Shown: positions 1 to 7,303 of the stretch, piece by piece
How the letters are laid out: each line of letters begins with the position of its first letter
How positions within the stretch are numbered: position 1 is the first letter of the stretch
Source: a virus
Lineage: Duplodnaviria > Caudoviricetes
Reading direction: 5' to 3' (one strand)
Virus record (IMG/VR): IMGVR_UViG_3300005573_000108
Location: 1 to 57,198 of that record
DNA: 57,198 nucleotides
Made by a program: the position numbers and the translations under genes
Notes under the pieces: generated by a model
What the model was told of the DNA's origin: nothing
Database searches by the model: none
The model's input: the letters and a program-made list of their open reading frames with translations, nothing else

Positions 1-2
1 AA

Positions 3-158
3 ATTAAAAGGCTCCCCCTCAATGAGGCCCTCCAGCGCCTCGAGGCCGCCCGGCGGAACTGCCCGGGCAGCCTCTACGAGAGGCACCTGGAGCGGCACGT
101 CCGGATCCTCTTGGCCGGACGGCGCTCCGCCAGCGCCTTCAAAAACATGAAGGCCTAG
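3..158 (+). CDS. 3' part of a hypothetical early protein (5'-truncated)
   Basis: Frame 3 is open from the window start (IKRLPLNEALQRLEAARRNC...KNMKA) to TAG at 156-158, and is followed by hairpins. Confidence 0.45.
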   Translation: MKRLPLNEALQRLEAARRNCPGSLYERHLERHVRILLAGRRSASAFKNMKA

Positions 159-230
159 GGGGGAGCCTGACAATCCCCCCGGCATAGCGGCCTGATGCTG
201 GCCGCATAGGCCCTAGGCGGGCCAGACTAG
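158..230 (+). other. Cluster of three tandem GC-rich hairpins in an early intergenic region
   Basis: gggggga/tcccccc, gcggcc/ggccgc and ggccc/gggcc stems in series. Confidence 0.5.
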
Positions 231-246
231 TAAGGGGGATGGAGTC

Positions 247-531
247 GTGGTGAAGGCGACTATCAAGTTGCCTTCCGTCGAAGTTGGCTCCGGCTATTAT
301 CTGCACCCCGACCTTCGCTTCGGTGACCGAGTCCCTCCGGTAGCAGGCAGTGCGTTGAGGCCCCTCTGGGGCGGGGAGGGTGACCGCGGGAGGTCCGCGA
401 GCGAGCATTTTGTAGGGCGAACCTGGAAAGAGGCCTTCGACAGGGCCGAAGCCTGGGCGAGGAACGAACTCAAGCCGCTCCTTGACGCCTTGGCGGCCAG
501 AAAGGCCGCACTTGAAGCTGCTGAAGACTGA
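247..531 (+). CDS. Hypothetical early protein (94 aa)
   Basis: GTG start after a GGAG RBS; protein-like composition; followed by a hairpin. Confidence 0.7.
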   Translation: MVKATIKLPSVEVGSGYYLHPDLRFGDRVPPVAGSALRPLWGGEGDRGRSASEHFVGRTWKEAFDRAEAWARNELKPLLDALAARKAALEAAED

Positions 532-533
532 TA

Positions 534-556
534 AGGGGGGGGCGTGAGCCCCCTCT
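534..556 (+). other. GNRA-capped hairpin (processing, stability or weak terminator element)
   Basis: G-run-c GTGA g-C-run stem between the 247-531 gene and the AAA gene RBS; no U-tract. Confidence 0.5.
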
Positions 557-574
557 ACAAATAGGAGGTGAACA

Positions 575-2053
575 ATGCCAAACAAAAAGCCTGAGTGGCT
601 GCTGCTATTGCGTAGCGGCCACCCGCTGATCTGGGTCGAAACTCAAGAAGAAGACCGCACAATCAGAACCATCCTGGCGACGTCACCCGGCTACCAAGTC
701 GCAGCGTGGGATCTGGTCACCGGTCTCGTTGACCTTAAGACGCAACAAACGACACCAGTGCCTGATCCCCGCCGCGCGATAGAGGCTCTCAACACCATGC
801 CAGAAGGATCCGTCCTCGTCGTCAAAGACGGCCACCGCATGGCAAAAGAGCTGCCGGTCTATCGCACCATCAAGAATAATTTGAAAGCTTGGAAGGCCAC
901 CGACCGGCACCTCGTCTTGCTCGCAATCGACAGAAACATCCCCAAAGAGCTGATGGATGAGACGCGACTCTATGAAGTTGCACTGCCAACCCCCGAGGAG
1001 CTGGTTGCCCTTGCAGAAGCGTTGGCAAGGGCCAATGCCACCGAAGAAGACAAGGAAGGAATACGCATCTCCCCCGGCGTGGGGCAAGCTGGGGCAGGTC
1101 TCACGTACCAGCAAGCCGAGGATGCCATCTGCCTGAGTCTATTGATGCATGGAGACGTGAGGGCAGAGGTGCTGGCGAACGCCAAACTGGAGGCGATCCG
1201 CAAGAGCTCGACTTTGGAGCTGTATGAGCCAGTTCCTCTGGACAATCTGGGGGGGCTGGATGCACTGAAGGCGTATTTGCTCGCACGCAGGCCAGCGTTT
1301 GAACACCCGAACGAGTACCCGCCCCTGCGCGGGATACTCCTCGTCGGTGCCCCGGGGTGCGGGAAAAGTCTCAGCGCAAAGGTAGCAGCGAACATATTGA
1401 GGACGCCCCTCATCCGTCTGGACATGGCGGCCCTGAAGGGATCACTCGTCGGTGAGAGCGAAGCGCGGCAGCGTGAGGCGTTCCGGCTCATCGATGCCGT
1501 GGCCGGACAGACGGGCATCGTGCTTTGGATAGACGAGATCGACAAGTTCATGTCCTCGGCCCAAACCCGCAGCGAATCCGCTACCCCCAACATGCTCTCT
1601 ACATTGTTCACGTGGATGCAAGAAACAACCAGCCGCAAATATATAGTCGCAACGTGCAACGAGATTGAGCCCCTCGTCGAGGTAAGCCAAGGCGCTCTTT
1701 TGCGCAGATTCGATGATGTTTTTTATGTCTCGTTGCCCTCCGCCGTCGAAAGAGCAGAGATCATTAAAATCATGACGCGGCGATACCCAAGAGCCGCCGA
1801 AGCCCTGGCGTCGGTGGATCCCGCCCGGCTCGAAGGCTGGTCAGGAGCTGAAATCGAGAAGTTGGCGATCAACTGCATCTATGAAAACGTGGATGAGGCA
1901 TTGCGCAACATCCACCCCGTGTCTATCGCAGCAGCAAACACCATACAGAAAATGGAGCAGTGGGCGAAGCAAAATGCGAGACCCGCCTCATCCCCTCTCC
2001 TCGCCAACGAGACGCAGCAGGGCAAACGAATCAGAGCAATCAAGGAGGTGTGA
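575..2053 (+). CDS. AAA+ ATPase, Ycf46-like (degenerate N-terminal AAA domain plus active C-terminal AAA domain)
   Basis: Walker A GAPGCGKS, Walker B WIDEIDK, sensor ATCN, Arg finger LLRRFD, GWSGAEIE; N-terminal 'PLIWVETQEEDR' is typical of Ycf46-like proteins; AGGAGG RBS. Confidence 0.9.
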   Translation: MPNKKPEWLLLLRSGHPLIWVETQEEDRTIRTILATSPGYQVAAWDLVTGLVDLKTQQTTPVPDPRRAIEALNTMPEGSVLVVKDGHRMAKELPVYRTIKNNLKAWKATDRHLVLLAIDRNIPKELMDETRLYEVALPTPEELVALAEALARANATEEDKEGIRISPGVGQAGAGLTYQQAEDAICLSLLMHGDVRAEVLANAKLEAIRKSSTLELYEPVPLDNLGGLDALKAYLLARRPAFEHPNEYPPLRGILLVGAPGCGKSLSAKVAANILRTPLIRLDMAALKGSLVGESEARQREAFRLIDAVAGQTGIVLWIDEIDKFMSSAQTRSESATPNMLSTLFTWMQETTSRKYIVATCNEIEPLVEVSQGALLRRFDDVFYVSLPSAVERAEIIKIMTRRYPRAAEALASVDPARLEGWSGAEIEKLAINCIYENVDEALRNIHPVSIAAANTIQKMEQWAKQNARPASSPLLANETQQGKRIRAIKEV

Positions 2054-2055
2054 TA

Positions 2056-2382
2056 ATGCCGTGCTATTACTCAAACAAAGTCCAGCAAACCAAGATGACA
2101 GACCCCTTGCTCGTATTGCGAGCCGCAGGCCGCCTGGGACTGACGTGTCAACAGCGCGGGGCAACCGAATTGTATCTGCAAGGCGGAGGCCGACAGGCCG
2201 TGCTCAACACACAAGATGGACGCATGTCCGGCAATCTAGACCGCAGCACCGTGACGGCTTTAGAAGCATGGTACTCCGCCGAGATGCTCAAGGCGGAAGC
2301 CCAGGCGAGCGGCGCAGTGTGGGAGGAAATGTGGGACGAAGAACGCAACGAAATCACAATCCGGGTAACAGAATGGAGGTGA
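2056..2382 (+). CDS. DUF1257 (Ycf35)-like small protein
   Basis: ATG at 2056 after GGAGGTG; pattern 'MPCYYS..QTKMTDPLLVLRAAGRLG...Y.AE.LKAEAQASG...E......ITIRV' and position downstream of a Ycf46-like ATPase. Confidence 0.6.
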   Translation: MPCYYSNKVQQTKMTDPLLVLRAAGRLGLTCQQRGATELYLQGGGRQAVLNTQDGRMSGNLDRSTVTALEAWYSAEMLKAEAQASGAVWEEMWDEERNEITIRVTEWR

Positions 2383-2386
2383 AGAC

Positions 2387-2575
2387 ATGAAAATCTTGGA
2401 AATCAAAATTAACACGCGCACAGGACAAATAGAAGGACGTAGCCTCTATGAAGAGCATATCCGCCCTGACCACATCGAGATGATGACCAAATTGTGGGGG
2501 CCATCCTTGACTATGATTTTCCAGGGCGAGCATGCCCATGACCACGAGCATGAGCACGAACATGAGGAGGTATGA
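2387..2575 (+). CDS. DUF2997-like small protein with His-rich tail
   Basis: 'MKILEIKINTRTGQIE' beta-hairpin start, about 60 aa, C-terminal HAHDHEHEHEHEE; GGAGGTG RBS; synteny with the AAA and DUF1257-like genes. Confidence 0.5.
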   Translation: MKILEIKINTRTGQIEGRSLYEEHIRPDHIEMMTKLWGPSLTMIFQGEHAHDHEHEHEHEEV

Positions 2576-3537
2576 AAATGACAAGCAAAATAGCACAGAG
2601 AGCCGTCATCGCAAGGGTGAACATCGGCAGATGGTCTCCCTGGAAGAAAGACAGGTCCCTGGCCAGTAGCGTAGCCGAAGAGAAAAAAGCAAATCCCAAA
2701 AAGCTGCATGCCAGCAAACAACTCGTCGATCGAGAAGCCGTGCGGGCGCTGAACCGCGTCCTCAATGAATGCTACATCTATCACAAGTCACATACCCTTC
2801 AAACTGGCACGGAAGGCGACAGGCTCTTACCGACCAGTCGCATTGCCGAGCACGAAGCACGGCTCATCGCATATCGAGATCGGGTTGAAGAACTGCTGTC
2901 CGAATTTCTTGAGGTCTATCCATCTTATGTACAGGAAGCCCGGCTGGAAGCGAAAGGGCTTGGGTTGCTATGGAGTGAATTCGACTACCCTAGCGCTGAG
3001 GAGTTGGCGCAAAAGTACTATATCAAGTGGAGGTATCTCCCGCTCCCCACCTCGGCTGAGGGATTGTCCGTCGGAAACGAGCAGTTACGGATGATCAACG
3101 AATACCTACAAGCCGAGTACGAGGAGATAGAACGGCAGGTTCGGGCGGACCTGTGGGTGCGGTTGTACGAACAAACCAGCTACATGGCAAGCAAACTTAG
3201 TAGCATCAGAGTCACCAAGGACGGAAATCAGGAGGGTGCGATATTTCGAGACTCATTGGTAAGCAATGTCAAAGAACTCGCTGATCTTATGGACAGTCTA
3301 AACGTGACCGACGATGCCGCTCTCTCCGGCGCGGCGCAGCGGATCAGAGAGGCGTTGACAAAGCACAATCCCGAAATACTCCGCACAAACAGAGTAGTGC
3401 GTGCGACAGTCGCCCGTGACGCTGAGACGATTGCTCACGAGGCTCTCGGTCAACTCCGAGCGATACGTAGAGACATGATCACCGAGCCGACCGAGTGCGC
3501 AGGGGATATCCCCAAGCGACTAATCATCCCCGTGTAG
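2572..3537 (+). CDS. DUF3150-like protein
   Basis: Motifs 'V.I.RWS..KKD', 'SKQLVD', 'HTL.....RLLP', 'DYPSAEEL..KY', 'IFRDSLVSN', 'LNVTDD' match a widespread phage/ICE helical family; ATGA overlap with the upstream gene. Confidence 0.65.
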   Translation: MKMTSKIAQRAVIARVNIGRWSPWKKDRSLASSVAEEKKANPKKLHASKQLVDREAVRALNRVLNECYIYHKSHTLQTGTEGDRLLPTSRIAEHEARLIAYRDRVEELLSEFLEVYPSYVQEARLEAKGLGLLWSEFDYPSAEELAQKYYIKWRYLPLPTSAEGLSVGNEQLRMINEYLQAEYEEIERQVRADLWVRLYEQTSYMASKLSSIRVTKDGNQEGAIFRDSLVSNVKELADLMDSLNVTDDAALSGAAQRIREALTKHNPEILRTNRVVRATVARDAETIAHEALGQLRAIRRDMITEPTECAGDIPKRLIIPV

Positions 3538-3547
3538 TAGTTTGGTA

Positions 3548-3587
3548 TTGACAAACTCATGCGCCATGGAGTACCGTGGCGCATGAG
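3548..3587 (+). promoter_or_regulatory. Putative sigma70 promoter overlapped by a 14-bp inverted repeat
   Basis: TTGACA at 3548-3553 and TACCGT 18 nt downstream; ctcatgcgccatgg (3556-3569) / ccgtggcgcatgag (3574-3587). Confidence 0.5.
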
Positions 3588-3611
3588 GCTATGAGCGGGA
3601 GGAGGCAACCG

Positions 3612-3689
3612 ATGAAAACATTGTTTTTTATGGTCGTCGGGCTAGGTGCATGTGTGGCACTCTGGACTTTCTTGAGCAAAAGGAGATAG
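3612..3689 (+). CDS. 25-aa single-pass membrane peptide
   Basis: GGAGG RBS; MKTLFFMVVGLGACVALWTFLSKRR; below the ORF-track cutoff. Confidence 0.5.
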   Translation: MKTLFFMVVGLGACVALWTFLSKRR

Positions 3690-3691
3690 TC

Positions 3692-3865
3692 ATGTCAACC
3701 CCAGAACTCCCCAACAAGACCTCACAAGCGAACACATGCCCACAGATAAAGATTGAAGTCAAGAAAAACGACCAAGTGGTGTATGTCTGCACGTTACCTC
3801 TTGAATGGGACCACATTTCGTTTGACGTGGACCTACCACCGATTCTCAAAAAGCAGGCCATATGA
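3692..3865 (+). CDS. Hypothetical protein
   Basis: AGGAG RBS before the ATG at 3692; tight gene packing. Confidence 0.55.
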   Translation: MSTPELPNKTSQANTCPQIKIEVKKNDQVVYVCTLPLEWDHISFDVDLPPILKKQAI

Positions 3866-3881
3866 TATGAAAGGAGACGCC

Positions 3882-4145
3882 ATGAAGACACTTACAACCC
3901 TCCTTGTCTTGATCGGATTCACCTTTGTCTATGACACCACCAGCGGTCGTGGCCTTGTCTATGTGAACAATAGTTCGCAAAGCGGGGTGTATCTGATCTA
4001 CCCTGGCAACCACTGTGTGTTCTTCAGCGAGTCGCGCCCGCCGTTCTCCGAGAAATGCGATGAGACTATAGAAAGGTTCCAGAAGATGAACCCAAACGGG
4101 ATCAAATCCAAAAGTTATATAGTCCCCGCAGAGGGGCCAAAATGA
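3882..4145 (+). CDS. Hypothetical secreted or membrane-anchored protein
   Basis: AAGGAG RBS; signal-like N-terminus MKTLTTLLVLIGFTFV; two Cys. Confidence 0.6.
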   Translation: MKTLTTLLVLIGFTFVYDTTSGRGLVYVNNSSQSGVYLIYPGNHCVFFSESRPPFSEKCDETIERFQKMNPNGIKSKSYIVPAEGPK

Positions 4146-4405
4146 CCCTCTGTTACTGTGGCCGCCAGGCCAAATGGGGCAGTAGTCGCTGCCCCCGATG
4201 CGAGGAGCGCTATGCGCTCTGGGAGGAAGAGGAGGAGGGCCAGCAGGCCATGGTCCACTGGCTTATGGCCCTCTGTGACAGGTACGAGGAGCAAGCGCTC
4301 TTAGAGCGCAGGGCTAAGAGGATCAAGGCCCTGGCCATAGGCGGGGCATTAGTGGTGGCTACCATAGCCGGGTACCTCGTCGTGGCAGTCTGGGAGATGC
4401 TATGA
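4142..4405 (+). CDS. Hypothetical protein with N-terminal Cys cluster and C-terminal transmembrane helix
   Basis: CYC...CPRC; hydrophobic ALAIGGALVVATIAGYLVVAVW; ATGA coupling. Confidence 0.6.
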   Translation: MTLCYCGRQAKWGSSRCPRCEERYALWEEEEEGQQAMVHWLMALCDRYEEQALLERRAKRIKALAIGGALVVATIAGYLVVAVWEML

Positions 4406-4554
4406 AGATAGCGTGACCCCACATGCGCCTTGCCGGTTGCTCACAGACCGGCCACCTCCATGACTCCGCGACCGGGTTTGGGAGTCTAATGCGGGGACAC
4501 CCGGTACACCTGCTGAATAGAGAGGAGAAGATGAAAGTGAGGAGGGTTAAGGCA

Positions 4555-4767
4555 ATGCTAATTGACACAGAGAAGCTGGAAGAGCAAGAGTTCGATTTGG
4601 GCAACGAAGAGCAGGGCATCTCGATTCTGGTATCCTCCAAGGGAATCGAGGTTGCCGCATGGTATGATTGCCTTATGAAGGTCAAGGGTGGCTTTATCCC
4701 TTGGAAGAAAATCATAGAAGAGCACGAGAAAGGGATGACCAATGCGCAAAAAGAAAAGCCTGATTGA
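4555..4767 (+). CDS. Small unknown protein, paralogue 1 of 3
   Basis: GAGGAGG RBS; MLIDTEKL..FDLGNEEQGI..SKGIEV..WYD...GGFIPWKKI (alternative ATG at 4531). Confidence 0.75.
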   Translation: MLIDTEKLEEQEFDLGNEEQGISILVSSKGIEVAAWYDCLMKVKGGFIPWKKIIEEHEKGMTNAQKEKPD

Positions 4768-4972
4768 TACTAAGTTGTTCAGAAAGACCAAAACCAACTA
4801 CACCTTTGGTAATTCAAGCGAAGGGATCGGGATCACTTTATCCCCCAAAGGCATTGAGGTGTGGGGGTGGTTCGACGGCATGGTGGGAATCGAAGGAGGG
4901 TTTGTCTCCTGGGAGAAAATCAAGGAGGATTGTGGAGGAGGAGAAGATGTTAATCATTCATCACAACGATGA
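4742..4972 (+). CDS. Small unknown protein, paralogue 2 of 3
   Basis: LIDTKL...FGNSSEGIGITLSPKGIEVWGWFD...GGFVSWEKI aligns with the other two copies. Confidence 0.75.
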   Translation: MRKKKSLIDTKLFRKTKTNYTFGNSSEGIGITLSPKGIEVWGWFDGMVGIEGGFVSWEKIKEDCGGGEDVNHSSQR

Positions 4973-5780
4973 AGATGGCAGGTGTTCTGCGGCAATAGTG
5001 TTCAATGCACTGCGGGATCTCTACACAATAGAATTCCACAGTGCAGACTATGGCCAGGATCCTCCTTGGGAGGAAATGGGCAGACACGGCAAGGTGTGGA
5101 TAATAGATTTCTCATACCCACCGGAAGTGATGGCCCAGATTTATGAGGAGTATAAAGGCAACGCAATCTGGATAGACCATCATGTGACGGCTATTCAAAG
5201 CATCTGTCTCCCCTTCCCTGGGGGAAGGGCTACTTATGGCTCTGCCTGCCTTCTGACCTGGAACTATGCGCACCCTAGTTCCGCTACCCCAGGGACAGTG
5301 TTCCTCATCTCTCAATACGACACCGGTAACTTTACGCCGGAGTGCAAACAGTTTGTAAAGGGGCTCGAGATGCTCGACCAGAGCCCTACAGGTGAGCTCT
5401 GGCGTGATCTCCTGTTCTCGGAGACCCGGGAGCAAAGGGTAAAAGAGCTCATAAGTGCTGGTGAGTTACTAGTTCGCTACCAGCTTAGGCAGAATAGAAA
5501 CACACTTGAGAAGTACGGCCACGTTGTGGAACTGAGCGGGCACCAGGCCATGAAAGTTAATGCCCCTATGAGAGCAGATGGTTTTGAAGCACTGAAGGAG
5601 TATGCGCCTGAGATCCCCATACTCTGGATATGGACAGAGTATCAGGCCGATGGCAAGACACTTCGGCGGAACATCCTCTACAGCGATAGTGTTGATGTAG
5701 GGGATATCGCCAAGAGTCTGGGAGGCGGCGGGCATAAAGGGGCTGCCGGATTCGTGGAGATTTTAACCAACGAGAGGTAA
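4947..5780 (+). CDS. DHH/DHHA1-family phosphoesterase (nanoRNase-like)
   Basis: Motifs HHNDEDG, IIDFS, WIDHH and C-terminal GGGGHKGAAG; ATG at 4947 after GGAGGAGGAG. Confidence 0.9.
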   Translation: MLIIHHNDEDGRCSAAIVFNALRDLYTIEFHSADYGQDPPWEEMGRHGKVWIIDFSYPPEVMAQIYEEYKGNAIWIDHHVTAIQSICLPFPGGRATYGSACLLTWNYAHPSSATPGTVFLISQYDTGNFTPECKQFVKGLEMLDQSPTGELWRDLLFSETREQRVKELISAGELLVRYQLRQNRNTLEKYGHVVELSGHQAMKVNAPMRADGFEALKEYAPEIPILWIWTEYQADGKTLRRNILYSDSVDVGDIAKSLGGGGHKGAAGFVEILTNER

Positions 5781-5805
5781 CTAAAAAGAGAGGAGGGTTA
5801 AGGCA

Positions 5806-5997
5806 ATGCTAATTGACACAGAAAAGCTAATGGAGCACGTATTCGATCTCGGCAACGAAGAGGAGGGCATCGGGGTTCGGGTGTCCCCAAAAGGAATTGA
5901 GGTTGCGGGATGGCACGATACTTTCCTAGAGGTCAAGGGGGGCTTTATCTCTTGGAAGAAAATCATAGCAGAGTGTCTGGAGGTAACCGAGCCATGA
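5806..5997 (+). CDS. Small unknown protein, paralogue 3 of 3
   Basis: Same RBS and start context as 4555; strong protein and DNA similarity to paralogue 1. Confidence 0.75.
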   Translation: MLIDTEKLMEHVFDLGNEEEGIGVRVSPKGIEVAGWHDTFLEVKGGFISWKKIIAECLEVTEP

Positions 5998-6281
5998 TCA
6001 GCGAAGATCTCACCTATGTGCTGGACAGTATCAACCTTCTATTTGGTGACCCGAATAGGGTAGCTCTGGTATTTCGCCAATGGGACCTAGATCCAGAGGG
6101 TCTCTTACAAGTGGTTAATTCGGTCACTGGTGTTGCTGTGTCCCCTCCGATGAGGCCTCACGAGTTGAAGGACTACCTCTTGGGGTTCAGTGAGGGCCTC
6201 AGGTGGCAGTCCAGTGTGCGGGGCAGGTACTCATTCATCAAGACCGGCAGTGATGACTACGCTGCCGACAAAGGAGAGTAG
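5994..6281 (+). CDS. Hypothetical protein
   Basis: GGAGG RBS and ATGA coupling at 5994. Confidence 0.6.
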   Translation: MISEDLTYVLDSINLLFGDPNRVALVFRQWDLDPEGLLQVVNSVTGVAVSPPMRPHELKDYLLGFSEGLRWQSSVRGRYSFIKTGSDDYAADKGE

Positions 6282-6287
6282 AGTAGA

Positions 6288-6476
6288 ATGAGCACATCAC
6301 TACCAGCTATAACTCCTGATATTTGCAAGGTCTGTGCAAATTATGACTGGGATTATGATGAGTGGAAAGACCTAATCTACCGCTATTGCACCAAGAAGGT
6401 TTGGTTCCCTACCAGGAAAAAGACATGTGCCAGATGGAAAGCACTAACTACTACCGAGAAGGAGAAAGAAAGATGA
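6288..6476 (+). CDS. Small Cys-rich hypothetical protein
   Basis: CKVCANY...YCTKK...TCARW four-Cys pattern. Confidence 0.65.
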   Translation: MSTSLPAITPDICKVCANYDWDYDEWKDLIYRYCTKKVWFPTRKKTCARWKALTTTEKEKER

Positions 6477-6658
6477 TTACGCTACCAAAAAAGGAGAATG
6501 TTCAAACAGACTGGAATGCCACAATACCTCCTCCTCCAGTTTACACTTGCACGTGTAGACTAGGCACAGGGACGTTAATAAGAACTGCACCAAGTACCGG
6601 AACACCTCTACCATCCGGGCCCCAGGTAATCAGTGGGGGCAAAGGAGGGCACAGATGA
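6473..6658 (+). CDS. Hypothetical Pro/Thr-rich protein
   Basis: ATGA coupling at both ends; AGGAG RBS. Confidence 0.45.
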   Translation: MITLPKKENVQTDWNATIPPPPVYTCTCRLGTGTLIRTAPSTGTPLPSGPQVISGGKGGHR

Positions 6659-6816
6659 GTGACTTGCTCATTGCAGCCATACTTTTCACCCTGCCCCTTG
6701 CTCTGGTGGCAGCAGGTGTAGATATACTGTGGCCGATTTTCTCAAGACGAGGGAGAATCCTCTTGATTGCCACCTCTGCAGTGGCGGTAGCAGGGTGGTG
6801 GTGGATAATCTGGTGA
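6655..6816 (+). CDS. 53-aa two-transmembrane protein
   Basis: AAGGAGG RBS; MSDLLIAAILFTLPLALVAAGVDILWPIFSRRGRILLIATSAVAVAGWWWIIW; not in the ORF track. Confidence 0.6.
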   Translation: MSDLLIAAILFTLPLALVAAGVDILWPIFSRRGRILLIATSAVAVAGWWWIIW

Positions 6817-6820
6817 CTCT

Positions 6821-6975
6821 CCCGCCCTCTTCAAGAGGGCGGCAAATTCGCCTGACCTCGCCGGGGCTGGCCAATACCGGTGGGGCACTTGTACCTGGGG
6901 GCAAAGTGAACCGGAGGGGAAATATAATCTCTCGAATCAGCCCAACTAGCTCTCCCCATCCCCAGGTGGGGAGAC
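6821..6975 (+). other. Hairpin-rich intergenic region
   Basis: ccgccctct/agagggcgg, cctcgccgg/ccggtgggg, cactt/aagtg and tctccccat/gtggggaga stems. Confidence 0.45.
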
Positions 6976-7003
6976 AATCAAATAGAACAGATAGGAGGCC
7001 AAA

Positions 7004-7303
7004 ATGCCTACGCTAGAAGAACTCAGCGAGAAAAGGTTCCTGCCAGCCGCCGCAGAAGATAGAGCCGAGGAGCTGATTGCAAAGCTAGATCGGAACGTCG
7101 CAGGCGAAGTGATGAAGATCATTGACAAAATAGCTTTGTGGGTGGTCCCCGTTCCCGCTTACAACGGCGGACGGTGCCGCCTCTGTTCCAGCAGGGAATC
7201 TGTGGCCCTGGAATTCCGCACCTCCCAAGTGAAAGTCAAGGTCCTTGGTCTTTGTCAGATGTGTCTGGAAAACTTGAAAGGAGACAGAGGAGACCAGTCG
7301 TGA
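7004..7303 (+). CDS. Hypothetical zinc-ribbon protein
   Basis: AGGAGG RBS; CRLC...CQMC. Confidence 0.7.
   Translation: MPTLEELSEKRFLPAAAEDRAEELIAKLDRNVAGEVMKIIDKIALWVVPVPAYNGGRCRLCSSRESVALEFRTSQVKVKVLGLCQMCLENLKGDRGDQS

Larger units (their letters stand above)
4539..5968 (+). repeat. Diverged ~180-bp direct repeat (about 4539-4717 and 5790-5968) bracketing paralogue 2 and the DHH gene
   Basis: Identical gaggagggttaaggcaatgctaattgacacaga at 4539 and 5790; shared ggcaacgaagag and cttggaagaaaatcatag blocks. Confidence 0.85.

Noticed and set aside
158-230. tRNA-like cloverleaf
   Set aside because: No T-loop (TTCRA), D-loop GG or 7-bp acceptor stem.
4539-5968. Diverged repeat pair as the template and variable repeats of a diversity-generating retroelement
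   Set aside because: Both copies are intact ORFs, the differences are not confined to adenines, and no reverse transcriptase is present.
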